Assembly: GCA_016839555.1 (NCBI GenBank)
Contig: JAEOUA010000003.1
Span: 160,001-224,000, forward strand
Direction: 5' to 3'
Length of the DNA: 64,000 bases
Source of the DNA: Promethearchaeota archaeon
Lineage (GTDB): Archaea; Asgardarchaeota; Lokiarchaeia; Sigyniarchaeales; SOKP01
Positions 17,242-26,832 of this stretch are shown piece by piece (positions within the stretch are counted from its first letter, which is position 1; every line of letters begins with the position of its first letter). A program made the translations under genes and the position numbers. The notes below the pieces were generated by a model. The model was not told where the DNA came from. It made no database searches and saw only the letters and a list, made by a program, of their open reading frames with translations.

Positions 17242-17772
17242 TTTGTTTAAAGTGAATAAAAATTTTTTTTTATATTATTAATATATTAATGTTTTTCTCT
17301 CTTCTCAAATTTTTATTCCCAAAGCACGCTAGTATCAAAATTTTTTAAGAATTTCCTAATGGAACCTTTATTCCATTTTTAAATTTATAAAAATTGTTTC
17401 TTATTAATAAGGTAATAATCAATTTTGAAAATATCTATGAGTTTACTACTATTTTGAAATTTTTTCGAAATCATTATTAACCAATAAATATTCATAGCCA
17501 CTAATATCCGACAAAAAAGAAGAAGAGAGTTATCTTCATATTTTTTAGGAAATAACTGCAAAGAGTATTTTAAATCATTAATATAATAAAACTATAAGAA
17601 TCCTTCTTGTAATAAACTAGATTCAAAAAAAACTTCAATTTATAAAAAGAATTTAAATAGTTCTTAGATAAGTGGGAAAATAAATCTATTTTTATTTCCC
17701 AAAATTTAATTTTTATTTATTAATCATTTAATAAAAATGTTAATGAGTAAATATCTCCAGTGAATATTTTTC

Positions 17773-18324
17773 TTAAATCATATTAATTCTTCTCAATAAC
17801 TCTCTTGAAAGCTCTTCAAATATCAACTCTACATTCTCTCCCGTTTTTGCAGAACATTCTTCATATGCATATAAATTTTGAGTTCGAACAAATTTTTTTG
17901 CTTCATATCCTGGTATGGATCTTTTATCTTCCAAATCTTTTTTACCGCCAACCATAATGATTGGTAGTGCCTCACCTGGCTGCTTCCTAGAAGTATATTC
18001 CTCTCTAAAAATCTCTAACCAATCCTTTATATTTTTCAAGGTGGAATATCGTGTGATATCATACATAAATATTCCTCCAGATGAGCCAGAAACATATTTA
18101 GGCAAAATAAAACGAAATCGATCTTCACCCCCAAAGTCCCAGAGCTGCAGGGTCACTTTTATGTTTTCAATTTGTAATTTTTTTACATAAAAATCTACAC
18201 CTATCGTTAGCGTAGTGGAAACATCAAATACTCCTAATAAATAGCGCTTAACTAAGGATGTTTTGCCGACTCCACCATCCCCGAAGATGCAGATTTTAAA
18301 CAGAGCGTCGTTCTGGACCCTAAT
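17773..18324 (-). CDS. Rab-like small GTPase, probable ATT start; longer than the ORF-track call
   Basis: Frame extends upstream of track start 18156 to give IRVQNDALFKICIFGDGGVGKTSLVKRY…TIGVDF…LWDFGGEDRFR…YDIT…GGKKD…CSAK. No in-frame ATG/GTG/TTG lies between the upstream stop and G1. GGGAG lies 6 nt before ATT 18324. Confidence 0.9.
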   Translation of the reverse strand: MRVQNDALFKICIFGDGGVGKTSLVKRYLLGVFDVSTTLTIGVDFYVKKLQIENIKVTLQLWDFGGEDRFRFILPKYVSGSSGGIFMYDITRYSTLKNIKDWLEIFREEYTSRKQPGEALPIIMVGGKKDLEDKRSIPGYEAKKFVRTQNLYAYEECSAKTGENVELIFEELSRELLRRINMI

Positions 18325-18788
18325 ATATATCTCCCTTAAATTATTCTCATTAACCTTTAATTTATACTAAGATAAAAAATTTTATAATTTTCTTTAATAA
18401 AAAAATAAATAATACTATATATTAAAATTTTTTAAACTAAATTATAACTTAACTAAAAATAAATGATATAAACTCAAAAAAAAATTTTGAAAATAGGAAT
18501 GATTATAAATATACCCAAGAAGCGATAACTAATTTAATTGAAAAGATTAATTAAAATTAAATTTTAGATCAAATAACAATAAAAAATAAGAATTTCTGAT
18601 AAAACCCAATTAATTATTAGCATATAAGGGTGAATTTTCAATCAAATGTATTTCAATATATAAAAAAAGCTTTAAAATATAATACCTCTAGAATGAATGT
18701 CTATATTTCTGATTCTTAACTATATTTACCCAAATTACACTTTAAACTAGCTAATAAGGGGAAAATTCGATTTCACTCTCTTATTTCT

Positions 18789-19367
18789 TCATGAATTTTC
18801 GGTTTTCACAACTCCTACCCTTCTTAATAATTCTAGGGCAAGATCTTCAAATATTTCTTCCACATTTTCTCCAGTTTTGGCGGAACATTCTCTATATTTA
18901 TATAACTTTTGATTTTGAACAATTTTTTTGGCATGATCTCTTTCTACAGATCTATTTTCCTCCAAATCCTTTTTGCTGCCAACCATTATAATCGGAAGGG
19001 TACTATTTGAGTGCCCATGATTAGAATATTCCTCTCGAAATATTTCCAACCAAGAATTAAAATTTTTTAAGCTTGTATATCTTGTAATATCGAACATAAA
19101 AATTCCTCCTGAAGAGCCTGCAACATATTGAGGTAGAAGAAAGCGAAAGCGTTCTTCTCCACCGAAATCCCAAATTTGTAATGTAACATTCATATCATTA
19201 ATCCGAAGTCTTTTAACAAAAAAATCTGCGCCAATAGTAAGTTTTGTAGAAAGGTCGTAAAAGCCCAACATATAACGTTTCACTAAAGTGGTTTTCCCTA
19301 CTCCACCATCTCCGAAAATTATTACTTTAAAAAGAGCATCAGTCTTAAAGTTAATACTAATCCTCAC
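18789..19367 (-). CDS. Rab-like small GTPase, tandem paralog (true start may be ATT 19355)
   Basis: GDGGVGKT, TIGADF, WDFGGEERFR, FDIT, GSKKD, CSAK. Confidence 0.93.
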   Translation of the reverse strand: MRISINFKTDALFKVIIFGDGGVGKTTLVKRYMLGFYDLSTKLTIGADFFVKRLRINDMNVTLQIWDFGGEERFRFLLPQYVAGSSGGIFMFDITRYTSLKNFNSWLEIFREEYSNHGHSNSTLPIIMVGSKKDLEENRSVERDHAKKIVQNQKLYKYRECSAKTGENVEEIFEDLALELLRRVGVVKTENS

Positions 19368-19608
19368 CTAGCTATTTTTGAGTAATTCTTATATAATTTC
19401 AATTAAGAAAAATATTTTTATACCTATAATGATATTAAGAAAAATTGATTTTAAATAATTTTCTTTTGAGATAAAGAAAAATTTCTTAATTTTTCAAAAT
19501 TAGAATGAAATTGTTTTATATAAAAAAATTTCTCATTTTATTAGTTGAAATTTTGAATTTTAAATTTAAAATAAATCAATTTCAAATTTGCGTTACATTT
19601 TTCAAGAA

Positions 19609-21009
19609 TTATAAGGATTCTATTAATAATTTATAATAATTATTTAAAAAATGAAAATATCCTAATCTTGCATTTATTATGGAGTCAAGCTGAATGAATT
19701 CATTTGCTGCATGAGCATTTCCTCCAATCCCTAAACCTCCAGTAACATAGTTAATGCCTAATTCATTCTGAATTTTGCTTAAAGGGGAGGCAGCTGCACT
19801 TATTGGCCAGAGTTCAGGCTCCACATTTAGCTCTTTAAAGGTATTAAGCAAACTTCTAACCAGTACAGAATTTCTTTTTACTCTAGAAGGTCCATATCCT
19901 AAACGTTTTTTAATGCTTATTTTAATAGGTAAATTTTTTAAGAAATTTTTGGCTTGTTCTTCTATTTCTTTATAAATTATATGAGGTAGAATATTATGAG
20001 CAAATCTAATATCTATTTTAGAGAGTGCGGAATTTGGCACCGAATTTTTAATTCCTTTTTTTAAATATCCCCCTTTAAGAGTAGAAATATTAAAAGTAGG
20101 TTTGAATAAATATGCATATAAAAATTCTTCAGGTTTTTCTATTGAAACATGATCTATTCCTGCTTTTTGTATAATTTTTGATATTATTTTTTTCTTAATA
20201 AGCGCATTAATTAAGTCTATTTCTTCTTTAGATAATTCATAAGCTTTAGCTAATGATTCGATATTAAATTTTCTCTTAGAATAAATTTTTTCAAGAAATT
20301 CAATAAGATATTGAGGAGAATTAGGGATAATATTTGCGTATGAAGAGTGTGCCTCCAAATTACTAGTCTGAACTTTTATTTTTAATGATACTATTCCTTT
20401 ATATCCTAATTTTAAAACCGCTTTTCCGTCTAAATCTTGTTTAACAGCAGGATAATAGGCATCTTTACAGTTTCGAAATAGTTCCTTATTTTCTTCAAGT
20501 AATTTTAAAAGGGTAGGAGAGCCTATTTCCTCTTCTCCATCGAATACTAATAATAAGGAGAGTGGTAATTTATTTTCCTTTTTTAATAATTTTATGATAT
20601 TTAAGAAGGAAATAAGAGGTGTTTTAGAATTATACGCGCCCCTTGCAATGATACAATTTCCCAAATGATTTAGAGGGGAAGGGAGTTCTCTAATGCTTGC
20701 TCCAAAGGGTTCCTCTATCCAATCCTCTCTTTTATTGATTGGTTGAGTATCATACATCATATAAATTAGTAATTGTGAAGAATTATTACCTTTAATCTTT
20801 GCCAAAAACACAGGATTAATTTCTCCTTGAAATTTTTCTATGCTTTCAGAAAAATCTGAAATATATGAAGTAATATAATTAATAGCAGTAGATATTCCTT
20901 CAGAGTTTAGTGTAGAACTTGGAATTTTAAGAAATGGACACAAATCCTTTTGAATAAACTTTTCATTATTTGCTTTTATTTTTTCTTCTATATTAGTCTC
21001 TACTTCCAT
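19609..21009 (-). CDS. M20/M25/M40 family metallopeptidase-like protein
   Basis: YMMYDTQP, RGAYNSK, GEEEIGSP, AHSS, NAHAANE. Confidence 0.85.
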   Translation of the reverse strand: MEVETNIEEKIKANNEKFIQKDLCPFLKIPSSTLNSEGISTAINYITSYISDFSESIEKFQGEINPVFLAKIKGNNSSQLLIYMMYDTQPINKREDWIEEPFGASIRELPSPLNHLGNCIIARGAYNSKTPLISFLNIIKLLKKENKLPLSLLLVFDGEEEIGSPTLLKLLEENKELFRNCKDAYYPAVKQDLDGKAVLKLGYKGIVSLKIKVQTSNLEAHSSYANIIPNSPQYLIEFLEKIYSKRKFNIESLAKAYELSKEEIDLINALIKKKIISKIIQKAGIDHVSIEKPEEFLYAYLFKPTFNISTLKGGYLKKGIKNSVPNSALSKIDIRFAHNILPHIIYKEIEEQAKNFLKNLPIKISIKKRLGYGPSRVKRNSVLVRSLLNTFKELNVEPELWPISAAASPLSKIQNELGINYVTGGLGIGGNAHAANEFIQLDSIINARLGYFHFLNNYYKLLIESL

Positions 21010-21078
21010 TTTCCTAAAAAATAAAAAAAAAAATTAAAATTAGTTATTCTAGTTAACTGATTTATTGGTTTTAAAATA

Positions 21079-22338
21079 TTATTTTTTTGAATCTACACTT
21101 TTTAAATATTCCATACAAATTTGAACCACTAATCCTAAAGCTTCAGGATCTACTACTTCTGGGGTGTCATATCTTGTATGGTAATAATTTACTAATTCAT
21201 TTACTAACTTAAGTCCGGAAATCGAGGTTGCTGAAATATTCTTTTTACTAAATGCTGCGGCATCAGTAGCACCAAAGGGTAATATAGCAATAGGATCCTC
21301 TATTTTTAGATTTTTTGCTATGGTCTCTAGCTTCTTATAAATTTCTTCAGAATGTTTAGCGCCTATTAATGGTTCACTTTTTAAAATTGCTGTACTTTCA
21401 GGTTTACTAATACCATCTATATTAACCACTTTAGCGTCTTCCTCTTTAAGTTCATCATAATGTTTCTTAATATATCGTTTTGCTCCTCTCAGTCCCGCTT
21501 CTTCTCCTGCAAAAGAAATCAAAGTAACCTTTGTGTGCTCTGGAACGAATTTTCCTTCTTTTTTATTTTCTGATAATAGTTTTCCAATTCCCAATACAAT
21601 ACTTACACCTGAAAGATTATCAAAAGCTCCTAAAACGCTATTATAACTATGGAAAAACATATATGCTCCTACGATTGGCACAAGTCCTATGAGTATAAAT
21701 CCAAAGATAAGAAATAATACAAGTGCAAAAATCGAGAAAAGATTTAATATTAATTTTAAGATTATAACGAAAAACAAAAGAAGAACACCTAAATATCCAA
21801 TAAAGATTGTAATTTCACCGAATCGCTTTAAATAATAAAATATATTGAATTCATAGGCAGAATCGTGGTGAGCTGAGAAGATTATCGAATTCTTCATCTC
21901 TTTTTGAGGTTCAATCACGCCAATTACATTCCTTGATGTTTTATTGGGGAAGAGAAAATCAAAAGATTCATGATATCTCATAACTTCCAAGATGAAATAG
22001 CTAATAGTAATAGAAATCAAAAGTACATCGATTAACAAAAAAATTATGCTATATATTTCAGGTAGATTAAGAATATTTAAATCAATCAACAATGAGAGCC
22101 AATAAAATATGATTGAAACAAGAACCAAAAACGCACCATATCTTATTCCTCCTAAAAATGCGGTTGGGCTACTAATATATTCCTCTTGATGAGTTTTATC
22201 GCAGAATTTTTTCAATTCTCTTTCAATACGATCTCCCGCTAAGAGTTCAGCCTCTGTTCCCGACTCTCTTGGTCCTATTTCTTCACAGATTTCTTTGATA
22301 AAATTATGCATATATTTATTTAAATTTTGATTAGCCAT
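21079..22338 (-). CDS. M28 family peptidase with inserted TM helices
   Basis: GPRESGT, SAHHDS, GAFDNLSG, GEEAGLRG, ATDA, YHTRYDT; hydrophobic insertions. Confidence 0.88.
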   Translation of the reverse strand: MANQNLNKYMHNFIKEICEEIGPRESGTEAELLAGDRIERELKKFCDKTHQEEYISSPTAFLGGIRYGAFLVLVSIIFYWLSLLIDLNILNLPEIYSIIFLLIDVLLISITISYFILEVMRYHESFDFLFPNKTSRNVIGVIEPQKEMKNSIIFSAHHDSAYEFNIFYYLKRFGEITIFIGYLGVLLLFFVIILKLILNLFSIFALVLFLIFGFILIGLVPIVGAYMFFHSYNSVLGAFDNLSGVSIVLGIGKLLSENKKEGKFVPEHTKVTLISFAGEEAGLRGAKRYIKKHYDELKEEDAKVVNIDGISKPESTAILKSEPLIGAKHSEEIYKKLETIAKNLKIEDPIAILPFGATDAAAFSKKNISATSISGLKLVNELVNYYHTRYDTPEVVDPEALGLVVQICMEYLKSVDSKK

Positions 22339-22481
22339 TTTTTATGAAATAGTTCTTTTTTATTTAATTAAGAATGTGATTCTTAGAAATTTATAATTAT
22401 TTACTTTTCAAAATAATAAAGATTTAATATAATTTAAATAAATAAATGTAAAATAAGAACTCAAAATTTATTATAAAAATT

Positions 22482-23363
22482 ATGAATAGAGATTTTATAA
22501 AATTCGAGAGCTTTGATGGAACCTTTCCCTTTAAGCCAAATTTTAAAAATATAAATGGATTTAATATGCATTATGTTGATGAAGGAGTTGGTGAACCTAT
22601 CTTATGTTTGCATGGAATGCCTACTTGGAGTTATCTCTATAGGAAATTCATTAAAGTACTTTCAAAAACAAATCGAGTTGTGGCTCCTGATGCAATGGGT
22701 TTCGGGAAAAGCGATGTTCCTCAAAATAAGAATTATGTAATGCAAGAACATATTGATAATTTAAAAGAATTAGTACTTAATTTGAATTTGAAAGATATAA
22801 CCCTAATTGTTCAAGATTGGGGTGGTCCCATTGGATTTGGTTTGGCGGTAAATTATCCAGAAAAAATAAAACGATTAATTATTATGAATACCTCTATAGG
22901 TGTAATGAAAGAGGGAAGAAAACCTTGGTATGCACCTCTCGAAGAAAAAGGGATTTATAAGCAGTTCATAATGAATATAAGTGGACTAATAAAAGGAGGA
23001 ATTTATAATAAAGATAAAATTACTGATTCTATGATTGAAGCATATAAAGCACCATTCCCAAGTGAGAAATATTATATTGGTGCGTTTGTCTGGCCTAAAG
23101 ATATTCCTGTAGGTGAATCCCATCCAAGCGCTTCTATTATGAAATTTGTACGTAATAATTTAGAGCGCTTAGAAGAGCAGAAAAAGATATTAATTTGGGG
23201 AGTAAAAGATCCTATATTTCCAGAAAAATTAATTTCTTGGTGGAATAAAATTTACCCAGGTATAGAAACCCATAAGATTAAGAATGCCTCTCATTTTTTA
23301 CAAGAAGATGCTCCTAAACAAATAATTGATATTATTAAGCAGTTTTTAGATAACAATCCTTAA
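22482..23363 (+). CDS. Haloalkane dehalogenase-like alpha/beta hydrolase
   Basis: LHGMPTWSYLYR, GFGKSD, nucleophile VQDWGG, ASHFLQED. Confidence 0.9.
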   Translation: MNRDFIKFESFDGTFPFKPNFKNINGFNMHYVDEGVGEPILCLHGMPTWSYLYRKFIKVLSKTNRVVAPDAMGFGKSDVPQNKNYVMQEHIDNLKELVLNLNLKDITLIVQDWGGPIGFGLAVNYPEKIKRLIIMNTSIGVMKEGRKPWYAPLEEKGIYKQFIMNISGLIKGGIYNKDKITDSMIEAYKAPFPSEKYYIGAFVWPKDIPVGESHPSASIMKFVRNNLERLEEQKKILIWGVKDPIFPEKLISWWNKIYPGIETHKIKNASHFLQEDAPKQIIDIIKQFLDNNP

Positions 23364-23482
23364 TTCAAAAATTTCTGTCATTTTCTTTTTTTTTGGTTTT
23401 TGTTGGAATGAAAAAAATCTACTCCTTTAAATAAATTAAACGAGATTTATTACCAACAATAATCTCAATTTAAAATTCATTA

Positions 23483-23743
23483 ATGAAAAAAATGGTATAT
23501 TATAGATTTAGATTAACTGGGGTGCCTCCTGACCAAGCTATAAAGCAAATTGATATTGATCCAAATCAAACTATTCAATCTGTTAAAAAAAATGTTCAAC
23601 AAGAATATAAACTGAATCCTATTTTAGCAATTCAATTTATTTTCAAAGGAAAAGTCTTACCAGATACCATGGCTTTTTCAAAAGCGGGAATTCATCCTAA
23701 AAAGGATGTTATTACTGTTATGGCAACTCAGGCGGGTGGATAA
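23483..23743 (+). CDS. Ubiquitin-like beta-grasp protein ending in Gly-Gly
   Basis: 86 aa; TIQSVK…QFIFKGKVLPD (compare ubiquitin LIFAGKQLED); ends QAGG-stop. Confidence 0.85.
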   Translation: MKKMVYYRFRLTGVPPDQAIKQIDIDPNQTIQSVKKNVQQEYKLNPILAIQFIFKGKVLPDTMAFSKAGIHPKKDVITVMATQAGG

Positions 23744-23812
23744 TTCTCTTATCCATAGGAAAAATATTATTTGAGTTTTATTGAATTTAAAGAATCTAGG
23801 GAATAATTTCAA

Positions 23813-23897
23813 AGAAATAGATCAAATGGGAATTGATCTTTTCTAAAATTGTCGTTCGGTAGATGAGATCTTAGGAGCTACCTCCTTAAATCGTCAT
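23813..23897. other. Two adjacent predicted hairpins in the Ubl-LRR intergenic region
   Basis: AGAAA(T)AGATCAA-atgggaa-TTGATCTTTTCT and ATGA-GAT-ctt-AGGAG-ctac-CTCCT-taa-ATC-g-TCAT. Confidence 0.45.
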
Positions 23898-23926
23898 TAT
23901 TAATAATCAGAAGGGATGCTTTATAA

Positions 23927-25549
23927 ATGAAAGGTTTAATCTATATATTCACTTCTTTAACAGTCTTTTTCATAATAAATTTGATAGTTCTTAGGAACTC
24001 CAGAGAATTAAAAGAATATAAAATCAATGAGTATTTAAAATTAAAATTAGAAGGCGATAGAACCTATATTTATGTAAAAAATAAACGGTTTCGTCAATGT
24101 ATGTACTTGCTAATGAATGTTCAACTTGATAAAGTGGAAAAATATGATGTCATTAATTCTATAGATGAGGCCGCAGAAACTTTAGATCGATCAATGGAAA
24201 GAGATCAATCTATTAGGAGGCAAATTTCTCCCCAAGTAGAATTTTGGGGGCATTGTTCTAATATAGAAGCATGGGCAGAAAATGATTATGATACTCGGCT
24301 CTTACATAGAAACTTAGCATTTCCATTACTTAGAGAGCTCATGCTTGCGGGTGATCCTATAGCAAAAAGAGTGTTTAAAGAAGAGATCGCTATAAGAATA
24401 ACTAGTAAACATCCCACTGTTATTAACTATTTATTTGAAGAAGGATACTTAAAGTATTTAAAAAATTATGAACTAGAAACTATTTTTGATGATTTAGATA
24501 TTCCTATTATCGCTCAAACATCAAATTCTTTAAATCGAATTTTAGAAAGTGGTCAACAACCATCAGAAAGAGAAATATTTTATGTATTGAAAAGGTTCTT
24601 TGAAAAAATTGGGATCAATCATATTCCATTTATATTTTCAAAAATAAGAAAAAATGTTTCTCCTCAGAATCAAGATAAGATTGTTAAATTAGTATATGAA
24701 AATTACAAATCAAGAAAAAATTTTTCTGAAATAGAGTTTATTAATGAAAATCTTGAATATTTCAATATCGAGGAAAATGACTTCATAAAGTATAATAATA
24801 AAGTTATTGGCATAATTCAAGAGGAGGAAAAATTAATTTTAAAACATAAAAAAATAGGAGAAATAAATAAATTAAAAGGCTTAACTAATTATTTTGAAAA
24901 AATAAAAAACTTAGATTTAAGCAATAATCTAATTCAAAATTTAAGTGGTATAGAAAAATTTTCGAATGTACGAATTCTAAACTTAGATAATAATTTAATT
25001 AAAAATGTTAGACCCTTAAAAAATCTAACAGAATTAGAACGTTTATCGCTTAAAAATAACAATATTTCTAATATTGAGGAAATTGAAGATCTAGAGAAAT
25101 TAAAAACTATTGATTTGTCTGGAAATAAGCAAATAATTGAAATTCCTGAAATATTGACTTGTTTACCAGCATTAGAAGAAGTTAAATTATGGAATTGCAA
25201 TATTTATAAATTTAACGAAGCAACATCTCATATCTTTTGGAATAATCAGAATTATAGATTTTTTAAAGGATTTAATCATGATGATGTAAATTATTATGAA
25301 AATACGCATCGAGCAAAAGCGTTATCGCCCGTTGATAATGGATTATATAAAAAATTTGTCGAATGGATTATCAAAATGAGGAAAAAGATGAAAAAATATC
25401 ATTTTTCCTATGATGATATTAAAACATTTCATATTCAAAATCCCTCCCTTAACGCGATTTGGTCGGGCCGACTCACCAATTCTTTTAAAATCTGGTTAGA
25501 TTTTAATAAATATCAGAAGAAGATCACAGACTTTTTAAAGAATAAATAA
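23927..25549 (+). CDS. Leucine-rich repeat protein with an Asgard-type N-terminal domain
   Basis: About 5-6 LxxLDLSxNxI repeats. N-terminus EYKINEYLKLKLE…EFWGHCSNIEAW.ENDYDTRLLHRNLAFPLL resembles a domain I recall as expanded in Lokiarchaeia. Confidence 0.85.
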   Translation: MKGLIYIFTSLTVFFIINLIVLRNSRELKEYKINEYLKLKLEGDRTYIYVKNKRFRQCMYLLMNVQLDKVEKYDVINSIDEAAETLDRSMERDQSIRRQISPQVEFWGHCSNIEAWAENDYDTRLLHRNLAFPLLRELMLAGDPIAKRVFKEEIAIRITSKHPTVINYLFEEGYLKYLKNYELETIFDDLDIPIIAQTSNSLNRILESGQQPSEREIFYVLKRFFEKIGINHIPFIFSKIRKNVSPQNQDKIVKLVYENYKSRKNFSEIEFINENLEYFNIEENDFIKYNNKVIGIIQEEEKLILKHKKIGEINKLKGLTNYFEKIKNLDLSNNLIQNLSGIEKFSNVRILNLDNNLIKNVRPLKNLTELERLSLKNNNISNIEEIEDLEKLKTIDLSGNKQIIEIPEILTCLPALEEVKLWNCNIYKFNEATSHIFWNNQNYRFFKGFNHDDVNYYENTHRAKALSPVDNGLYKKFVEWIIKMRKKMKKYHFSYDDIKTFHIQNPSLNAIWSGRLTNSFKIWLDFNKYQKKITDFLKNK

Positions 25550-25796
25550 GAGTAATCATAAATCTTTTCATATATTTATTTTAAAGATGTAATCTTACTT
25601 TGTTCTCTCAATTAATATTAATTAATTAAGATTTTTGAATGCAAAAAAAATAACATAATCAAGCTTACTCTAATCCTTGATAATAAGAAATTTGTAGAGA
25701 TTTCAAAAATACATTAATATTTAAATAGATGATTTTATCATCATATATTTGAGTAAAATTTTCTATTCAAATCAATTAAGATAAAATTTAGATTAT

Positions 25797-26711
25797 ATGC
25801 CATCGAATTCTGATCATAAAGAATTGCATAAAAATAATATTAGGGAAAGTTGTTGTGATAATCCTAAAATATCAGAATCTGATGGTTTTAATGTGTGTTT
25901 AAATTGTGGCGCAGTATTTTCGAGAATAATCGACAATTCTCCGAGAAGAGCATATAGTCAAGAAGAAATTAATAAAAGGAAAATCTCTGAAATAGTGTAC
26001 TCTCCTATTGGCCCTCGAACCATAATCAAGGGTTCTCGAGATGCTCATGGAAACTTAATTAATCCAAAATATAAATCGATATTTTATCGATTATCAAAAA
26101 TTCATCGATCTTTAATTACTAGTTTTGAAAGAAATTTATGGACGGCTTTGCCTCATCTTCAAACATTTCAAAAGAAAATTGGCTTACCAGAAAGAGTTGC
26201 AAAAGATGCACTCCGGATTTACACTGAAGCTGTAAAGAAAAAATTAACAATGGGGAGAAGTATTATTACATTATTATGTGCCTCAATTTTTTGTGCTGTA
26301 AAAATACATGGAATACCCCGTACTTTGTCAGAAATTACCGAGGTTGCTCAAGTTTCAGAAAAAAAAGTATTAAAAAATTATCAATTGATTTTATTAAAAA
26401 TTTTACCTGAATTAAATCTAAAAATACACCATTTCAATTCTATTGATTATATTGATAAATTTAATGACCAATTAAAATTATCTATGAAGTGTCGCCATGA
26501 GGCCATAAAATTAATTGAAAAAGCAAAAAGAAATGGATTTATTCCTAGCGGAAAAGACCCCAAAGGAATTGCCGCAGCAGTTCTCTATATGACTTCAAAA
26601 GATAATAATGAAAATAGAACTCAAAAAGAGATATGTTCGTGCTCTAATATAACAGAAGTCACTCTTAGATTAAGAATAAAAGAAATTTCTAAATTTATAG
26701 AAATGAAATAA
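25797..26711 (+). CDS. tfb: Transcription initiation factor IIB paralog
   Basis: N-terminal Zn ribbon (CC…VCLNCG) and two cyclin repeats (GRSI…PRTLSEI; SGKDPKGIAAAVLY…RTQKEI…TEVTLRLR). Confidence 0.9.
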   Translation: MPSNSDHKELHKNNIRESCCDNPKISESDGFNVCLNCGAVFSRIIDNSPRRAYSQEEINKRKISEIVYSPIGPRTIIKGSRDAHGNLINPKYKSIFYRLSKIHRSLITSFERNLWTALPHLQTFQKKIGLPERVAKDALRIYTEAVKKKLTMGRSIITLLCASIFCAVKIHGIPRTLSEITEVAQVSEKKVLKNYQLILLKILPELNLKIHHFNSIDYIDKFNDQLKLSMKCRHEAIKLIEKAKRNGFIPSGKDPKGIAAAVLYMTSKDNNENRTQKEICSCSNITEVTLRLRIKEISKFIEMK

Positions 26712-26832
26712 AAGATTGGCTTTTAAATTTTTAAGATAAATGTAATTTTACCAAAATTTTTTTCTTATTATGGATTTTATATAATATAATTTATGAATAA
26801 AACGTGATTATATTAATAATAAGGTATTAAAA

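Noticed and set aside
17242-18788. Long AT-rich intergenic gaps (17242-17772 and 18325-18788) as a possible ncRNA, origin or hidden genes
   Set aside because: In the parts I translated I found no convincing ORF, and I saw no GC-rich stem, ORB-like repeat or cdc6 neighbour; they look like promoter or terminator sequence.
23863-23897. Hairpin beginning ATGA as a possible eukaryote-like SECIS element
   Set aside because: ATGA pairs Watson-Crick with TCAT instead of forming a GA/GA quartet, the apical loop lacks adenines, and no neighbouring gene shows an in-frame TGA.
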